DNA of 64,000 nt from an uncultured delta proteobacterium (GCA_963775425.1 CAVZJB010000004.1:256001-320000); one strand, 5' to 3'. Shown: positions 19,214 through 29,746, counted from the stretch's first letter. A program made the numbers and translations. The notes: a model not told the origin generated them from the sequence alone.

Positions 19214-19891
19214 TCACCCGCCCGGCGCGCTCAAGCGATACCCGACGCCGCGGACGGTATCGATGAGCGACGCTTCGCCGGGGCGATCGAGCTTCTTGCG
19301 CAGGTGCGCGACGTGGACGTCGACGATGTTGGTGCCGGGATCGAAGCCGTAGCCGAAGACGAGGTCCAGGACCGCGCGGCGGCTGACGACCTCCCCGGGC
19401 CGGCGCATGAGGATCTCGAGCAGCGCGAACTGCTTGGCGGACAGCGCCACGTCCACCCCGGCGCGCTCGACGCGGTGCCGCGCGACGTCGAGCACGAGAT
19501 CCGCGCAGCGAAGCACGCCCTCGTCGCCGTGCCCGCCGCGCCGCACGAGCGCCCGCAGCCGCGCGGTGAGCTCGGCGAAGGCGAAGGGCTTCACGAGGTA
19601 GTCGTCGGCGCCGGCCTCGAGCCCGCGCACGCGATCGGGGACGCCGTCGCGCGCGGTGAGCATGAGGATCGGGATGCGCACGCCGTCGGCCCGCGCGCGC
19701 GAGAGCACGTCGAGGCCGTCGAGCCCCGGCAGGCGTCCGTCGAGGACGCACACGTCGTGCGCCGCCGCCGAGAGGCGCGCGAGGCCGGCCTCGCCGTCGA
19801 CGACCTGCTCGACCGCGAAGCCCTCCTCGACGAGCCCACGCGCGAGCATGTCGCCGAGCCGCGCGTCGTCTTCCACGAGCAGGAGCCGCAT
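19214..19891 (-). CDS. OmpR-family response regulator
   Basis: ATG 19891, MRLLLVEDD, GADDYLVKPF, NIVDVHVAHLRKK, TVRGVGY. Confidence 0.94.
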   Translation of the reverse strand: MRLLLVEDDARLGDMLARGLVEEGFAVEQVVDGEAGLARLSAAAHDVCVLDGRLPGLDGLDVLSRARADGVRIPILMLTARDGVPDRVRGLEAGADDYLVKPFAFAELTARLRALVRRGGHGDEGVLRCADLVLDVARHRVERAGVDVALSAKQFALLEILMRRPGEVVSRRAVLDLVFGYGFDPGTNIVDVHVAHLRKKLDRPGEASLIDTVRGVGYRLSAPGG

Positions 19892-20042
19892 GGGTCGACC
19901 GTAGCCGGTGGACGCGCGCGCGGGCGCTTTGTTCATCGAATCTTCATCCTCGCCGCGCGGTTGTAGCCGCGCTCCGTGGGGGCGACAACCGCGCGGTGCC
20001 CACGACGACGTCCGGGCCGTCGGCGGGCGCGGCGGGGCCGGC

Positions 20043-20417
20043 TCAGGGCACCTCTTCGCAGGCCCGCTGGTCGGCGGGACAGACGCACGCGCAGGCGACG
20101 TGGCAGGACGCCCTCGCGCGACGCTCCTCGTCCTGCTCCCAGGGCAGCGGCGCGGTGCCGCTGCACGACAGCGCCTGCTGGTAGACGCAGCCGTTGGCGG
20201 CGCACGTGGACGCGGCCGTCGCCGCCGTGCCCTCCGGCTCCGCGCAGCACACGTCGGCGCGCACGTGCCAGGTGCGCTCGTCCGGACCGACGAACGTCGT
20301 GGTGCTCGCGCAGGCGACGAAGGCGGCGCCGGCGAAGGTGGCGCCGGCGACGACGGCGACGAGGCCGGCGGCGGCCACGACACCAGGGAGCGTGCCCGCG
20401 CGGGTCAGGCGCGCCAC
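20043..20417 (-). CDS. Small Cys-rich putative lipoprotein
   Basis: GTG 20417; hydrophobic leader ending FVAC followed by 10 more Cys in about 90 aa; fills the gap after the redoxin gene. Confidence 0.6.
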   Translation of the reverse strand: MARLTRAGTLPGVVAAAGLVAVVAGATFAGAAFVACASTTTFVGPDERTWHVRADVCCAEPEGTAATAASTCAANGCVYQQALSCSGTAPLPWEQDEERRARASCHVACACVCPADQRACEEVP

Positions 20418-20953
20418 TTGATGCTGCAGCCGACGGAGGGGTTCTGGGCGCTCGAGGGCGCGTGGCCTGCGAGGAGCGCGTCCACCGCCTCCTTCAGCTC
20501 GCGGCGCGTGACCTTCTCGGGCTCCTTCCAGTTGTCGTCGAGGCGGCCGCGATACCTGAGCGCGCGATCCTTGTCGTACAGGAAGAAGTCCGGCGTGCAC
20601 ACGGCGCCGAACGCGCGCGCCACGTCCTGCGATTCGTCGTGCAGATATGGAAACGGCATCGCCTTTTCGCGCCAGCGCGCCGCGAGCTTGTCGAAGGCGT
20701 CGTCGGGGTAGCTCGCGGCGTCGTTCGAGCACACGGCGACGATCTGGAGCTGTGCCTGCGGGAGCTCGTTCTGCAGGGCGATGATCCGATCTTCCACGGC
20801 GCGCGCGTAGGGACAGTGGTTGCAGGTGAAGACCACCAACAGGCACTCCGGCGCGGCGAAGTCGCTCTTTTGGTACGTGCGCCCGTCGACGGCGGGTAGG
20901 AGGAATTCCGGGCATGGCCCGCCGAGCTCGTGAGGAGGTGATGAGACCGCCAT
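20405..20953 (-). CDS. Thioredoxin-family (AhpC/TSA redoxin) protein
   Basis: FTCNHCPY, AVCTPDFF, YRGRLDD, SVGCSIKW. Confidence 0.92.
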   Translation of the reverse strand: MAVSSPPHELGGPCPEFLLPAVDGRTYQKSDFAAPECLLVVFTCNHCPYARAVEDRIIALQNELPQAQLQIVAVCSNDAASYPDDAFDKLAARWREKAMPFPYLHDESQDVARAFGAVCTPDFFLYDKDRALRYRGRLDDNWKEPEKVTRRELKEAVDALLAGHAPSSAQNPSVGCSIKWRA

Positions 20954-21023
20954 CGCGCGTGGTTAACACACTCGTCGGCGACGCAAACGCCATCAAACGT
21001 TGTTCGAGCGGGCTCCAACCGCT

Positions 21024-24000
21024 ATGCCTCCCATCGTGACGACGAGAACCACCCGACTGACCACCGCCGACGTACGCGACCTCCTCGCGGAGCGCGTCGT
21101 CGTGTTCGACGGCGCCATGGGCACACAGCTCCAGGCCCGCAACCTCACCGCAGCCGACTTCGGCGGAGAGGCGTACGCCGGCTGCAACGAGAACCTCGTG
21201 CTCACGCGGCCCGACGTCGTCGCCGACGTGCACCGCGCCTACTACGAGGCCGGCTGTGACTTCGTCGAGACCGACACGTTCGGCGGCACGCCGCTCGTCC
21301 TCGCCGAGTACGACCTCGCCGACAAAGCGCTCGCGATCAACGAGGGCGCGGCGCGCATCGCGCGCGACGTCGCCGAGGAGCTCCAGGCCAAGGACGGGCG
21401 GACGCGATGGGTGGCCGGCTCCATGGGGCCCACCACGCGCTCCATCTCCGTCACCGGCGGCATCACCTTCGACGAGATGGCCGAGACGTACACCGTGCAG
21501 GCCGAGGGCCTGTTGCGCGGCGGCGCCGACGTGCTCGTTCTCGAGACCAGCCTCGACACCTTGAACGTCAAGGCCGGCATCGTGGGCATCGAGCGCGCCG
21601 AGCAGAAGCTCGGCATCGAGGTGCCGCTGATGCTGTCGTGCACCATCGAGCAGACCGGCACCATGCTCGGCGGTCAGACCGCCGAGGCGTTCCACGTCTC
21701 CGTGGAGCACGCGGCCCGCCGCAACAAGCGCGGCGGCCTGGTCTCCGTCGGGCTCAACTGCGCCACGGGCCCCGATCCCATGGCGGATCACGTGCGCGCG
21801 CTCTCGGCGCTGTCGTCGTTCGCGGTGTCGTGCATGCCCAACGCCGGCCTCCCCGACGAGGACGGGCGCTATGGAGAGACGCCGGAGTCGCTCGCCAGGA
21901 AGGTCGGGCGCTTCCTCGACAACGGCTTCTTGAACGTGATCGGCGGCTGCTGCGGCACCACCCCCGCGCACGTCGTGGCGCTCGCCGCGGCGGCGCGCGC
22001 GCACAAGCCGCGGCCCATCGCGGCCCGGCGGGCGGCGTGGGTCTCGGGCATCGAGGCGGTGGACCTCGACGAGGTCAGGCCCGTCATCGTCGGCGAGCGC
22101 ACCAACGTCATCGGCTCGCGCGCCTTCAAGCGCCTCGTGGTCGAGGGCAAGTGGGACGAGGCCGCCGAGATCGGGCGCAAGCAGGTGCGCGGCGGTGCTC
22201 ACGTCGTCGACGTCTGCCTCGCCAACCCGGACCGCGACGAGCGCAGCGACGTCATCACGTTCATCGAGCAGCTCGCCAAGAAGGTGAAGGCGCCGCTCAT
22301 GATCGACTCCACCGACGCCGACGTCATCGAGGAGGCGCTCAAGCGCAGCCAGGGCAAGGCCATCGTCAACTCCATCAACCTCGAAGACGGCCTCGCGCGC
22401 TTCGAGCGCGTGGTGCCGCTGCTCCGGCGCTACGGCGCCGCCGTCGTGGTCGGCTGCATCGACGAAGATCCCGAGCAGGGCATGGCGGTCACGCGCGAGC
22501 GCAAGGTGGCCGTGGCCGAGCGCTCGCTGCGGATCCTCACCGAGCAGTTCGGCGTCGCGGCCGAGGACATCATCTTCGACCCGCTGGTGTTCCCCATCGG
22601 CACCGGCGACGCGCAGTACATCGGCTCCGCCAAGGAGACCATCGAAGGCGTCCGCGCCATCAAGCAGCGCTTCCCCGCCACCAAGACCATCCTCGGCATC
22701 AGCAACGTGAGCTTCGGCCTCCCCGAGGCGGGGCGCGAGGTGCTCAACACGGTGTTCCTGCACCGCTGCTTCGAGGCCGGCCTCGACATGGCCATCGTCA
22801 ACGCCGAGAAGCTCGAGCGCGTCACGCACCTCGACAAGGCCGAGGTGGCGCTCTCCAACGCCCTCATCGACGCCGACGCCGCCGGCTACAAAGCCGCCCT
22901 CGACGCGTTCGCCACGCACTTCAAGGGCAAGGCCGCCGGTCCCAAGAAGGTGAGCCGCCGCGCCGAGCTCCCGCTCGACGAGCGGCTGGCGCAAAACGTC
23001 GTCGAGGGGTCGCGCGAGGGCCTCGTCGACGACCTCGACATCGCGCTCAAGGACCGCAAGCCCCTCGACATCATCAACGGCCCGCTCATGGCGGGCATGA
23101 GCGAGGTCGGCCGCCTCTTCGGGCTGAACCAGCTCATCGTCGCCGAGGTGCTTCAGTCGGCGGAGGTCATGAAGGCGGCGGTGGCGCACCTCGAGCCGCA
23201 CCTGAAGGCGGACACGTCGGGCGCCAGCGCCACCAAGGCGAAGCTGATCCTCGCCACCGTGCGCGGCGACGTGCACGACATCGGCAAGAACCTCGTCGAC
23301 ATCATCCTGTCCAACAACGGCTTCGACGTCGTCAACCTCGGCATCAAGGTGCCCGCGGCGGAGCTCGTGAAGGCCGTGGAGAAGCACAAGCCGGACTTCA
23401 TCGGCCTGTCGGGGCTCCTCGTGAAGAGCGCGCAGGAGATGGTGGCCACGGCGGACGAGCTGCGCGCGCACGGCATCGATCTGCCCATCTTCGTCGGCGG
23501 CGCCGCGCTCACGGAGAAGTTCACCTACGGCCGCATCGCCGCCGCCTACGGAGGTCCGGTGGTCTATGCGCGCTCCGCGATGACCGGCCTCGACCTCGCC
23601 AACCGCCTCTTCGACGACGGCAAGCGCGACGCGCTCCTCGCCGACCTCCAGGCCAAGCGCGCCGAGGCCAGCGCTCCCGCGGGCGACAAGCCCGCGCCCG
23701 GCGCGGTCGCGCTCCCGAGCGCGGCCGACAAGGGGCCGCTCGTCATCAAGCACGACGAGGAGGCGCCGCGGCCGCCGGACACCGAGGTCCACGTGCTCAA
23801 GCCGCCGCTCGAGGAGATTCTGGTCGTACATCAACCCCATGATGCTCTACGCGCGTCACCTCGGGCTCAAGGGCAACGTCGACGAGCTCATCGCCAAGGG
23901 CGACGGCAAGGCCAAGGAGCTCAAGCAGATCGTGAAGGCGCTCGAGGACGAGGTGCTGGCCAAGGACCTCGTCGAGGCCCGCGCGCTCTACCGCTTCTTC

Positions 24001-24531
24001 CCCGCGCGCTCCGAGGGCGACACCCTCGTCGTCGGCGACGCCCGCTTCACCTTCCCGCGCCAGGCCGCCGGTGAGCGCCGCTGCCTCGCGGACCTCGTGC
24101 CGCCGAGCGGCGGCTTCGTGGGCGCGCTGGTGACCACGTGCCAGGGCAAGCGCGAGCCCGTGCGCGCCATCGCCGCGCGGATGAAGGACCGCGGCGAGCT
24201 CCTGAAGTCGCACGCGTTCGCCGCGCTCGCCATCGAGACGGCCGAGGGCTGCGCCGAGTGGCTGCACGAGAAGATCCGCGCCATGTGGGGCTTCGCCGAT
24301 CCCGCGGGGACGTCCAAGAAGGACCTGTTCTCGGCGCGCTACCGCGGCAAGCGCTACAGCTTCGGCTACCCCGCCTGCCCCAACCTCGAGGACCAGGCCC
24401 CGCTGTGGAAGCTCCTCGAGCCCAACAAGCACGTGGGCGTCGAGCTCACCGACGGGTTCATGATGGACCCCGAGGCAAGCGTGAGCGCGCTCGTGTTCTC
24501 GCACCCGCAGGCGGCCTACTTCTCGGTGTAG
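21024..24531 (+). CDS. metH: B12-dependent methionine synthase, interrupted by a +1 frameshift at about 23818 (sequence error or pseudogene)
   Basis: DGAMGT, GLNCA, GGCCGT, VGERTNV, GDVHDIGKN; the activation domain (RYSFGYPACPNLEDQ, PEASVSA) is in a second frame. Removing one T at 23818-23819 gives EEIWSYINPMMLYARHLG. Confidence 0.92.
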
Positions 24532-24624
24532 GCGGCGGCCGCTTCGCCGCGCGGCGCGCCCGGGTCGGCGCGGGGAGAAACGCCCGCTCTACACGCGGAG
24601 CGCCGCGGCGATCTAGCGTCGGGG

Positions 24625-25977
24625 ATGGCACCCACCGTCGCCCTGTACCGCGGCCGCTTCAATCCTCCGGGCCTGCACCACGTGGAGGGGCTCCGGGCGT
24701 TGCTCGCCCAGTTCGATCGCGTCGTGGTCATGCCCTGGGGGCCGATGTCCGATCGGCCCATCGACGAGAACATCGCCCCCACCTTCCGCGCGCTCCTGAT
24801 CGACGTCGCCTTTCAGCACCTCGACCCGCGCCTCGTCGTGGACCTCACCGACATCGAGCAGGCCACCATCACCGGCCCCGCCGAGGTCGAGCAGGAAAAC
24901 CCCCACCTGCAGGGCGCCGAGGTCTTCCACGTCATCGAGGCCGAGTCGTTCGCGGCGGAGCGCCGGCGCCTTCACCCGGGCGCGCGCTTCGCCGTGCTCG
25001 CGCCCGAGGGCGCGCCGGTGCCGGACGGCGACTTCCCCGTCGTGCGCGTGCACACCGACGTCGCCGGCTCGGTCATGCGCAAGCGCCTGTACGCGGGCCA
25101 ATCCATCGCCGACCTCGTCCCCGCCGGCGTCGCCGCCGCCGTCGCGCGCTACGGGCTCTACCGGGGGATCCCGCGCTCCACCACGCGCCTGCGCATCGCA
25201 GAGCCGCGGCTGTTGCTCGTGGCCGACGAGCGAAACCCGAAGGCCATGATGTGGCGCGAGCGCTTCGCGCGCTTCGCCGTCGACGTCGACCCCAACCTCG
25301 TCGTGGTCTTTGGCGGCGACGGCTCCATGCTGCACGCCATTCAACAGCACTGGCGCAAGCGCGTGCCCTTCTTCGGCGTCAACACCGGGCACCTCGGCTT
25401 CCTGCTGAACGACCCGCAGCTCATCGGCGACGACGAAGACGCCGTCGCCGCGCTCTTCGAGCAACAGCTCCTCGCGCACCACATGCCCATGCTCCACGTC
25501 GAGCTGCTCGCCCGGGGCGACGGCTGGCGCTCGGGGCTGACGTTCAACGACGCCTGGATCGAGCGGGCCACCGGTCAGAGCGCGTGGGTCGAGGTGCACG
25601 TCGACGACCACGTCCGCATGCCCAAGGTCGTCTGCGACGGCGTCCTCGTCTCCACCGCCGCCGGCTCCACGGCCTATGCGCGCTCCATGGGGGCCTCGCC
25701 GCTGCTCGCCGACACACCCGCGTGGCTCCTCGTCGGCAGCAACGTGATGGAGCCCATCCTGTGGAAGAGCTCCCTGTTGTCGACGTCGTCCACGGTGCTC
25801 GTGCGCTCGCTCGACCCCGACAAGCGGCCGCTCAACGGCTTCCTGCACGGCGTGTCGCACGGCGAGGTCATCGAGATGCGCGCCCGCCACAGCCGCGCGG
25901 CCTCGGTGGAGCTCGCGTTCCTCGGCGCGCACGACATGGCCGAGAAGATCGCGAGCATTCAGTTCCCTGTCGGCTGA
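24625..25977 (+). CDS. Fusion of a NadD-like nucleotidyltransferase domain and NAD kinase
   Basis: N-terminal GRFNPPGLHH and SVMRKRLYAGQSIADLVPAGVAAAVARYGLY; C-terminal GGDGSML, GVNTGHLGFL, FND, DGVLVSTAAGSTAY. Confidence 0.85.
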   Translation: MAPTVALYRGRFNPPGLHHVEGLRALLAQFDRVVVMPWGPMSDRPIDENIAPTFRALLIDVAFQHLDPRLVVDLTDIEQATITGPAEVEQENPHLQGAEVFHVIEAESFAAERRRLHPGARFAVLAPEGAPVPDGDFPVVRVHTDVAGSVMRKRLYAGQSIADLVPAGVAAAVARYGLYRGIPRSTTRLRIAEPRLLLVADERNPKAMMWRERFARFAVDVDPNLVVVFGGDGSMLHAIQQHWRKRVPFFGVNTGHLGFLLNDPQLIGDDEDAVAALFEQQLLAHHMPMLHVELLARGDGWRSGLTFNDAWIERATGQSAWVEVHVDDHVRMPKVVCDGVLVSTAAGSTAYARSMGASPLLADTPAWLLVGSNVMEPILWKSSLLSTSSTVLVRSLDPDKRPLNGFLHGVSHGEVIEMRARHSRAASVELAFLGAHDMAEKIASIQFPVG

Positions 25978-26374
25978 AAGGCTGACGAAAAACAAGGCTC
26001 GTAGCAGCACTCGGCGAAGCCGCCCACAAGGTGGCTCGCCGCGCGGAGTACGTGGCGAGGCACGTCGGCGCGCAAGAACCGCTGCAGGTTGTGAGGAAAC
26101 GGCGGGTCCGAGCGGTGTTGTGATCCCGCTATCAGCGCACGTGGCGGGTTCGTGCGGGTCGTGTGCGCGCCGACGTGCCTCGATGCAACGTCGGCGCGGA
26201 CTTCAGGCGGCGACGGCTGCCATCAGGGCGACCGTCGTCACCTTCGCTAGCCCCGTACGTAGAGCGTGTCGAGGCCAAGCTGGGCCTTGAGCACGGCGTT
26301 GGCGTGCTCGGCGAGACCCCTTCCGGGTGGCTCGGATCAACGGGCCAGCCCTCGTCGCCACACGCGTCAGCCTC
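25978..26374 (-). mobile_element. Internally deleted IS remnant/MITE (DDE transposase, IS1182/IS5-like), copy 1
   Basis: Terminal IR AGGCTGACG (25979-25987) and CGTCAGCCT (26365-26373), TGA on both flanks; the minus strand carries frameshifted IRATRKG-LAEHANAVLKAQLGLDTLYVRG-LAKVTTVALMA; second copy at 43.5-44.07 kb. Confidence 0.75.
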
Positions 26375-26389
26375 TGAGCGCGCGAGCGC

Positions 26390-26824
26390 TCAGGCGGCGC
26401 TCGCACCGGCGGGCGGGTCGTCGGCGGGCGGGTCGCCGGCGGGCGGATCGTCGACGCGGGGGGCCCCGCGCGAGAAGGCGCGCGCCGCGTGCATCGCCGC
26501 GCCGGCGACGACGCCGACGGCGACGAAGCTGAACGACAGCGCGTGCCACGCGAGCCACGAGAGGATCACGGCGAACCCGCCGAGGCTGAGCGCGCCGACG
26601 GCGCCGGCGACGGCCGCGCGCTTGCCCATGCTCGGCATGCGCGCCACCACGGTTTCGATGAGCGTCGTGAGCCCGCCGCTCCACGCGGCGAGGACGAGGG
26701 CGGCGACGGCGACGGTGGAGAATCCGGGCCGCGCGTCGGCGGGCCCGCGCATGGCGACGAACGCGAAGATCCCCCCGCCGAACACGAGGTAGATCAAGAA
26801 GTTCAGGGTGAAGCGCGCGAGCAC
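26390..26824 (-). CDS. Small integral membrane protein (about 4 TM)
   Basis: 144 aa with four hydrophobic segments and a DDPPAG-repeat tail. Confidence 0.7.
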   Translation of the reverse strand: MLARFTLNFLIYLVFGGGIFAFVAMRGPADARPGFSTVAVAALVLAAWSGGLTTLIETVVARMPSMGKRAAVAGAVGALSLGGFAVILSWLAWHALSFSFVAVGVVAGAAMHAARAFSRGAPRVDDPPAGDPPADDPPAGASAA

Positions 26825-26833
26825 GGGCTGTGG

Positions 26834-28232
26834 TTACCTCGAGGCAGCGATGCCCGCACACAACGTATCGAGGCACCCGCTCGTCGTCACGCCGTCCTGA
26901 TCCGTGGGCAGCCCGTCGACGCACTGCACACCGCGCGGGCAGTCCGCGTTGGTGGTGCACGGCTTCGCGCAGAACTTGCCGAGGCTCTGCTGCTGCCCGT
27001 TCTGATCGGTGCGTTGAAGCTCGAAGCACGACGAAGGCAGATCGGCGCAGTCGTCGTTGCTCTCGCACGTCCGGCACCATGGGTCGGGCGCGACGAAGCA
27101 CTGTCCCTCGGGGATCCCCGTCGGGCACGTCGAGGGATCGTCGAACACCTCGGTGCCGCAGCAGAACTCGCCGAGGTCGCAGGACAGCTCCTTGCCGCGG
27201 CAGCCCTGCGGGTGGCACTGGCCGTCGGCGCCGCAGATCTCGAAGGAGCCGCAGTCGTCGTCGGAGTTGCAGCCGTCGACGCAGGTGGCGCTGGCGACGT
27301 CGCAGAAGGTGCGGATGAGCGGGCACTCGGCGTCGCTCTGGCAGCCCGAGCGTTGGCAGACGCCGTTCGCGTCGCACTCGGTGCCGGTGGGGCAGCCGGC
27401 AGCGGAGCCCTCCGTCGGGCACGGCGGCGCGAAGTGCCCGTCGGCGTGGCAGACGAGGTCGACGCCGTCCTGGCTCACGTGCTGGCCGAGCGGGCAGCCG
27501 GGCACGCACTGCTGCTGCCGCGGCCCGGGCTCGGTCTCGCAGATGTCGCCGGCGGGGCAGTCGGCGTCGGCGCTGCACAGCGCGAGGCACACGTCGAGGC
27601 CGGTGCAGGTCTGCCCGTCGGGGCACGCGGCGCCGCCCGCGCACGACAAGGCGCCGTCGCACAGCGCGGAGCCGCCGACGGGGACGCAGCCGTGGCCGGC
27701 GCCGACGGCGTCGCAGGAAAAGCCCGCGGGGCACGCGCCGCAGCCGGGGGCGCAGAAGCCGCCGGCGCACACCGAGGGGAGCCCCGTCGACGACTCGGCG
27801 CACTCGACGTCGTCCGTGCACGGGCCGCACGCGCCCTTGGCCCGGCGGCACACGCCCGCGCCCGGCGAGCAGTACGCCGGCGCCGTGCCGAAGCCGCAGT
27901 CGGCGGCGGGGTCGCCGCAGAAGTCGCACAGGGCGCCGTTGTGCGTGCAGTCGAGGCCGGCGACGCAGTCGCCGCTGTCGAGCTCGCAGAATCTCGCCGG
28001 CGCCGCAGTCCTCGTCGGCGGCGCAGCCGACGTCGACGGTGCCGCCGGTGCCGCCGCCGCCGCCGTCCGCGGGGCCGCCGTCGGGCCCGCCGTTTTCGCC
28101 GGGGAGCGGGCAGCCGGCGAGCGCGGTCAACGCGAGGGCGGCCAGCAGGGGGGAGCACACCGTGGCGCGGGGGCTTGCCCGGCGCGGCAGGCGAGCCGCG
28201 GCGCCACGTCGAGGAGCACGGTCAGATGCCAT
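26834..28232 (-). CDS. Cys-rich repeat lipoprotein, interrupted by a +1 frameshift at about 27990
   Basis: Lipobox LAGC, many CxxDxDC repeats; removing one base at 27990-27991 joins AGEI to CELDSGDCVAG and the 339-aa ORF. Confidence 0.8.
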
Positions 28233-28285
28233 GGGGTGGACGCTACGGGCTCGCGTCGAGAGGGCAACGGGGTTATAGGCGGCGC

Positions 28286-29746
28286 ATGAGCCGCGTGGCG
28301 TGCGACGTGGTCGTCATCGGCGGCGAGCTCTGCGGGCTCGCCGCGGCGGCCCTCATCGCCAACCAGTCGGGACGGAGCGCGCGCGTCGTCGTCCTCGACG
28401 ACGGCGACGCCGTCACGGCCATGCCCCTCGGCGATCGCTTCGTCCCGACGGTGCCCACGCTCCTGCGCCTGCCCACGAGCGGCCCGGTGGGCGCGCTCCT
28501 CGACTCGCTCCAGCTCAAGCAGGACGCGCGGCGCGTCCTCGGCGAGCCGGGCGGCCTCGGCGTCATCGACGATCCCGATGTGCGCATGGTGGTCCCCGTC
28601 GAGGGCGAGAGCCGCGCCAAGGAGCTCGCGCGCGTGTTCGGCGCCGACGAGGGCGCGCGCACCGCCGCCCGCCTCCACGACGTCAACGCGGACGCGCGCG
28701 CCGGGCTCTACGCTGAGGCCGGGCTCATCCACGAGGACGGCTTCTTCGAGAAGCGCCGGCAGAAGCGGCGCCTCGAGGCGCTCGCCGCCATGGGGCGCAC
28801 CGAGGACGACGACCCCGCCGCGCTCGCGCTCGCGGCGGTCTCTCTCGGCGTCGCGGGCGAGCAGCTCCTTCCCTTCGTGCAGCACGCGAGCACGGGGAGC
28901 GCGCGCGGCTTCGGCGGGCTCCTCGCCGCGCTCCAGTTGCAGGCCGGCGCGCACGGCTCGAGCAAGGGCGGCCTCGGCCCGCGCGCCGCGCTCGGCGAGA
29001 TGCTCGCCGAGATCGTGCGCCGGCACCGCGGCGAGATCTTCAAGGCGAAGATCGAGGCCGTCGAGGCCGACGGAAAGACCATCACGGCCGTGAAGGCCAC
29101 CGGCGCCAACGACTACGTCGCGCGCGTCGTCATCGACGCCACCAGCGCGCGCGACATCGCCACGCGCCTGCCGGAGGGGCGGCGACGCGACAAGCTCCTC
29201 GAGGCCGAAGGCCATGTCGTCCACGGCGGCGACGCCGTGAGCGTGCGCTGGCTCGTGCCTGCGGCGGCGCTGCCGCGCGGCCTGCCCCCGCTCGCGCTGG
29301 TGCTGCGCCCGCCGCCGGCGTCGGGTGTGCTCGTCGGCGTCTACGCCGGCGCGCCGCTGCGCGAAGGGCACAAGAACGTCGGGGTCGACGACTCGCTCGT
29401 CGCCGTCGTCGGGGCCGCCGTATGCGCCACCGGGGAGGCCGAGAGCGCCGCCGCCGGCGTCGAGGCGGCCCTCGATCAGCTCTTGCCGTTCGCCAAGGAG
29501 CAGACGCGCGCCCGCGAGGTCCTCGCCGGCGGCGCCGCCCGCGCCGCGCTCGCGCCCTGGAAGGTCGTCGACAGCGAGCACGGCCTCGGCGGCCGCCGCC
29601 CGCAGACGCCGTACGCGAACCTCTTGCGCGCGGGCCGCGACCTCGTCCCCGCGCTCGGACCCGAGGGCGAGCTGATGGCCGCCCGCGCCGTCGCCGCCGC
29701 CGCCGAAGAGATGCTCGGCGCCAACAAGCGCGGCGAAGCAGCCTGA
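28286..29746 (+). CDS. FAD-dependent oxidoreductase-like protein (phytoene dehydrogenase fold, divergent)
   Basis: ATG 28286; DVVVIGGELCGLAAAA dinucleotide motif; TPYANLLRAGRDLVPALGPEG C-terminal motif. Confidence 0.7.
   Translation: MSRVACDVVVIGGELCGLAAAALIANQSGRSARVVVLDDGDAVTAMPLGDRFVPTVPTLLRLPTSGPVGALLDSLQLKQDARRVLGEPGGLGVIDDPDVRMVVPVEGESRAKELARVFGADEGARTAARLHDVNADARAGLYAEAGLIHEDGFFEKRRQKRRLEALAAMGRTEDDDPAALALAAVSLGVAGEQLLPFVQHASTGSARGFGGLLAALQLQAGAHGSSKGGLGPRAALGEMLAEIVRRHRGEIFKAKIEAVEADGKTITAVKATGANDYVARVVIDATSARDIATRLPEGRRRDKLLEAEGHVVHGGDAVSVRWLVPAAALPRGLPPLALVLRPPPASGVLVGVYAGAPLREGHKNVGVDDSLVAVVGAAVCATGEAESAAAGVEAALDQLLPFAKEQTRAREVLAGGAARAALAPWKVVDSEHGLGGRRPQTPYANLLRAGRDLVPALGPEGELMAARAVAAAAEEMLGANKRGEAA

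Noticed and set aside
20954-21023. SAM, SAH or cobalamin riboswitch upstream of metH
   Set aside because: Only about 70 nt shared with a divergent gene, and no core motifs are visible.
25978-26374. IS110/IS1111 bridge or seek RNA
   Set aside because: The coding remnant resembles a DDE transposase C-terminus with terminal IRs and a target duplication, not a DEDD recombinase.
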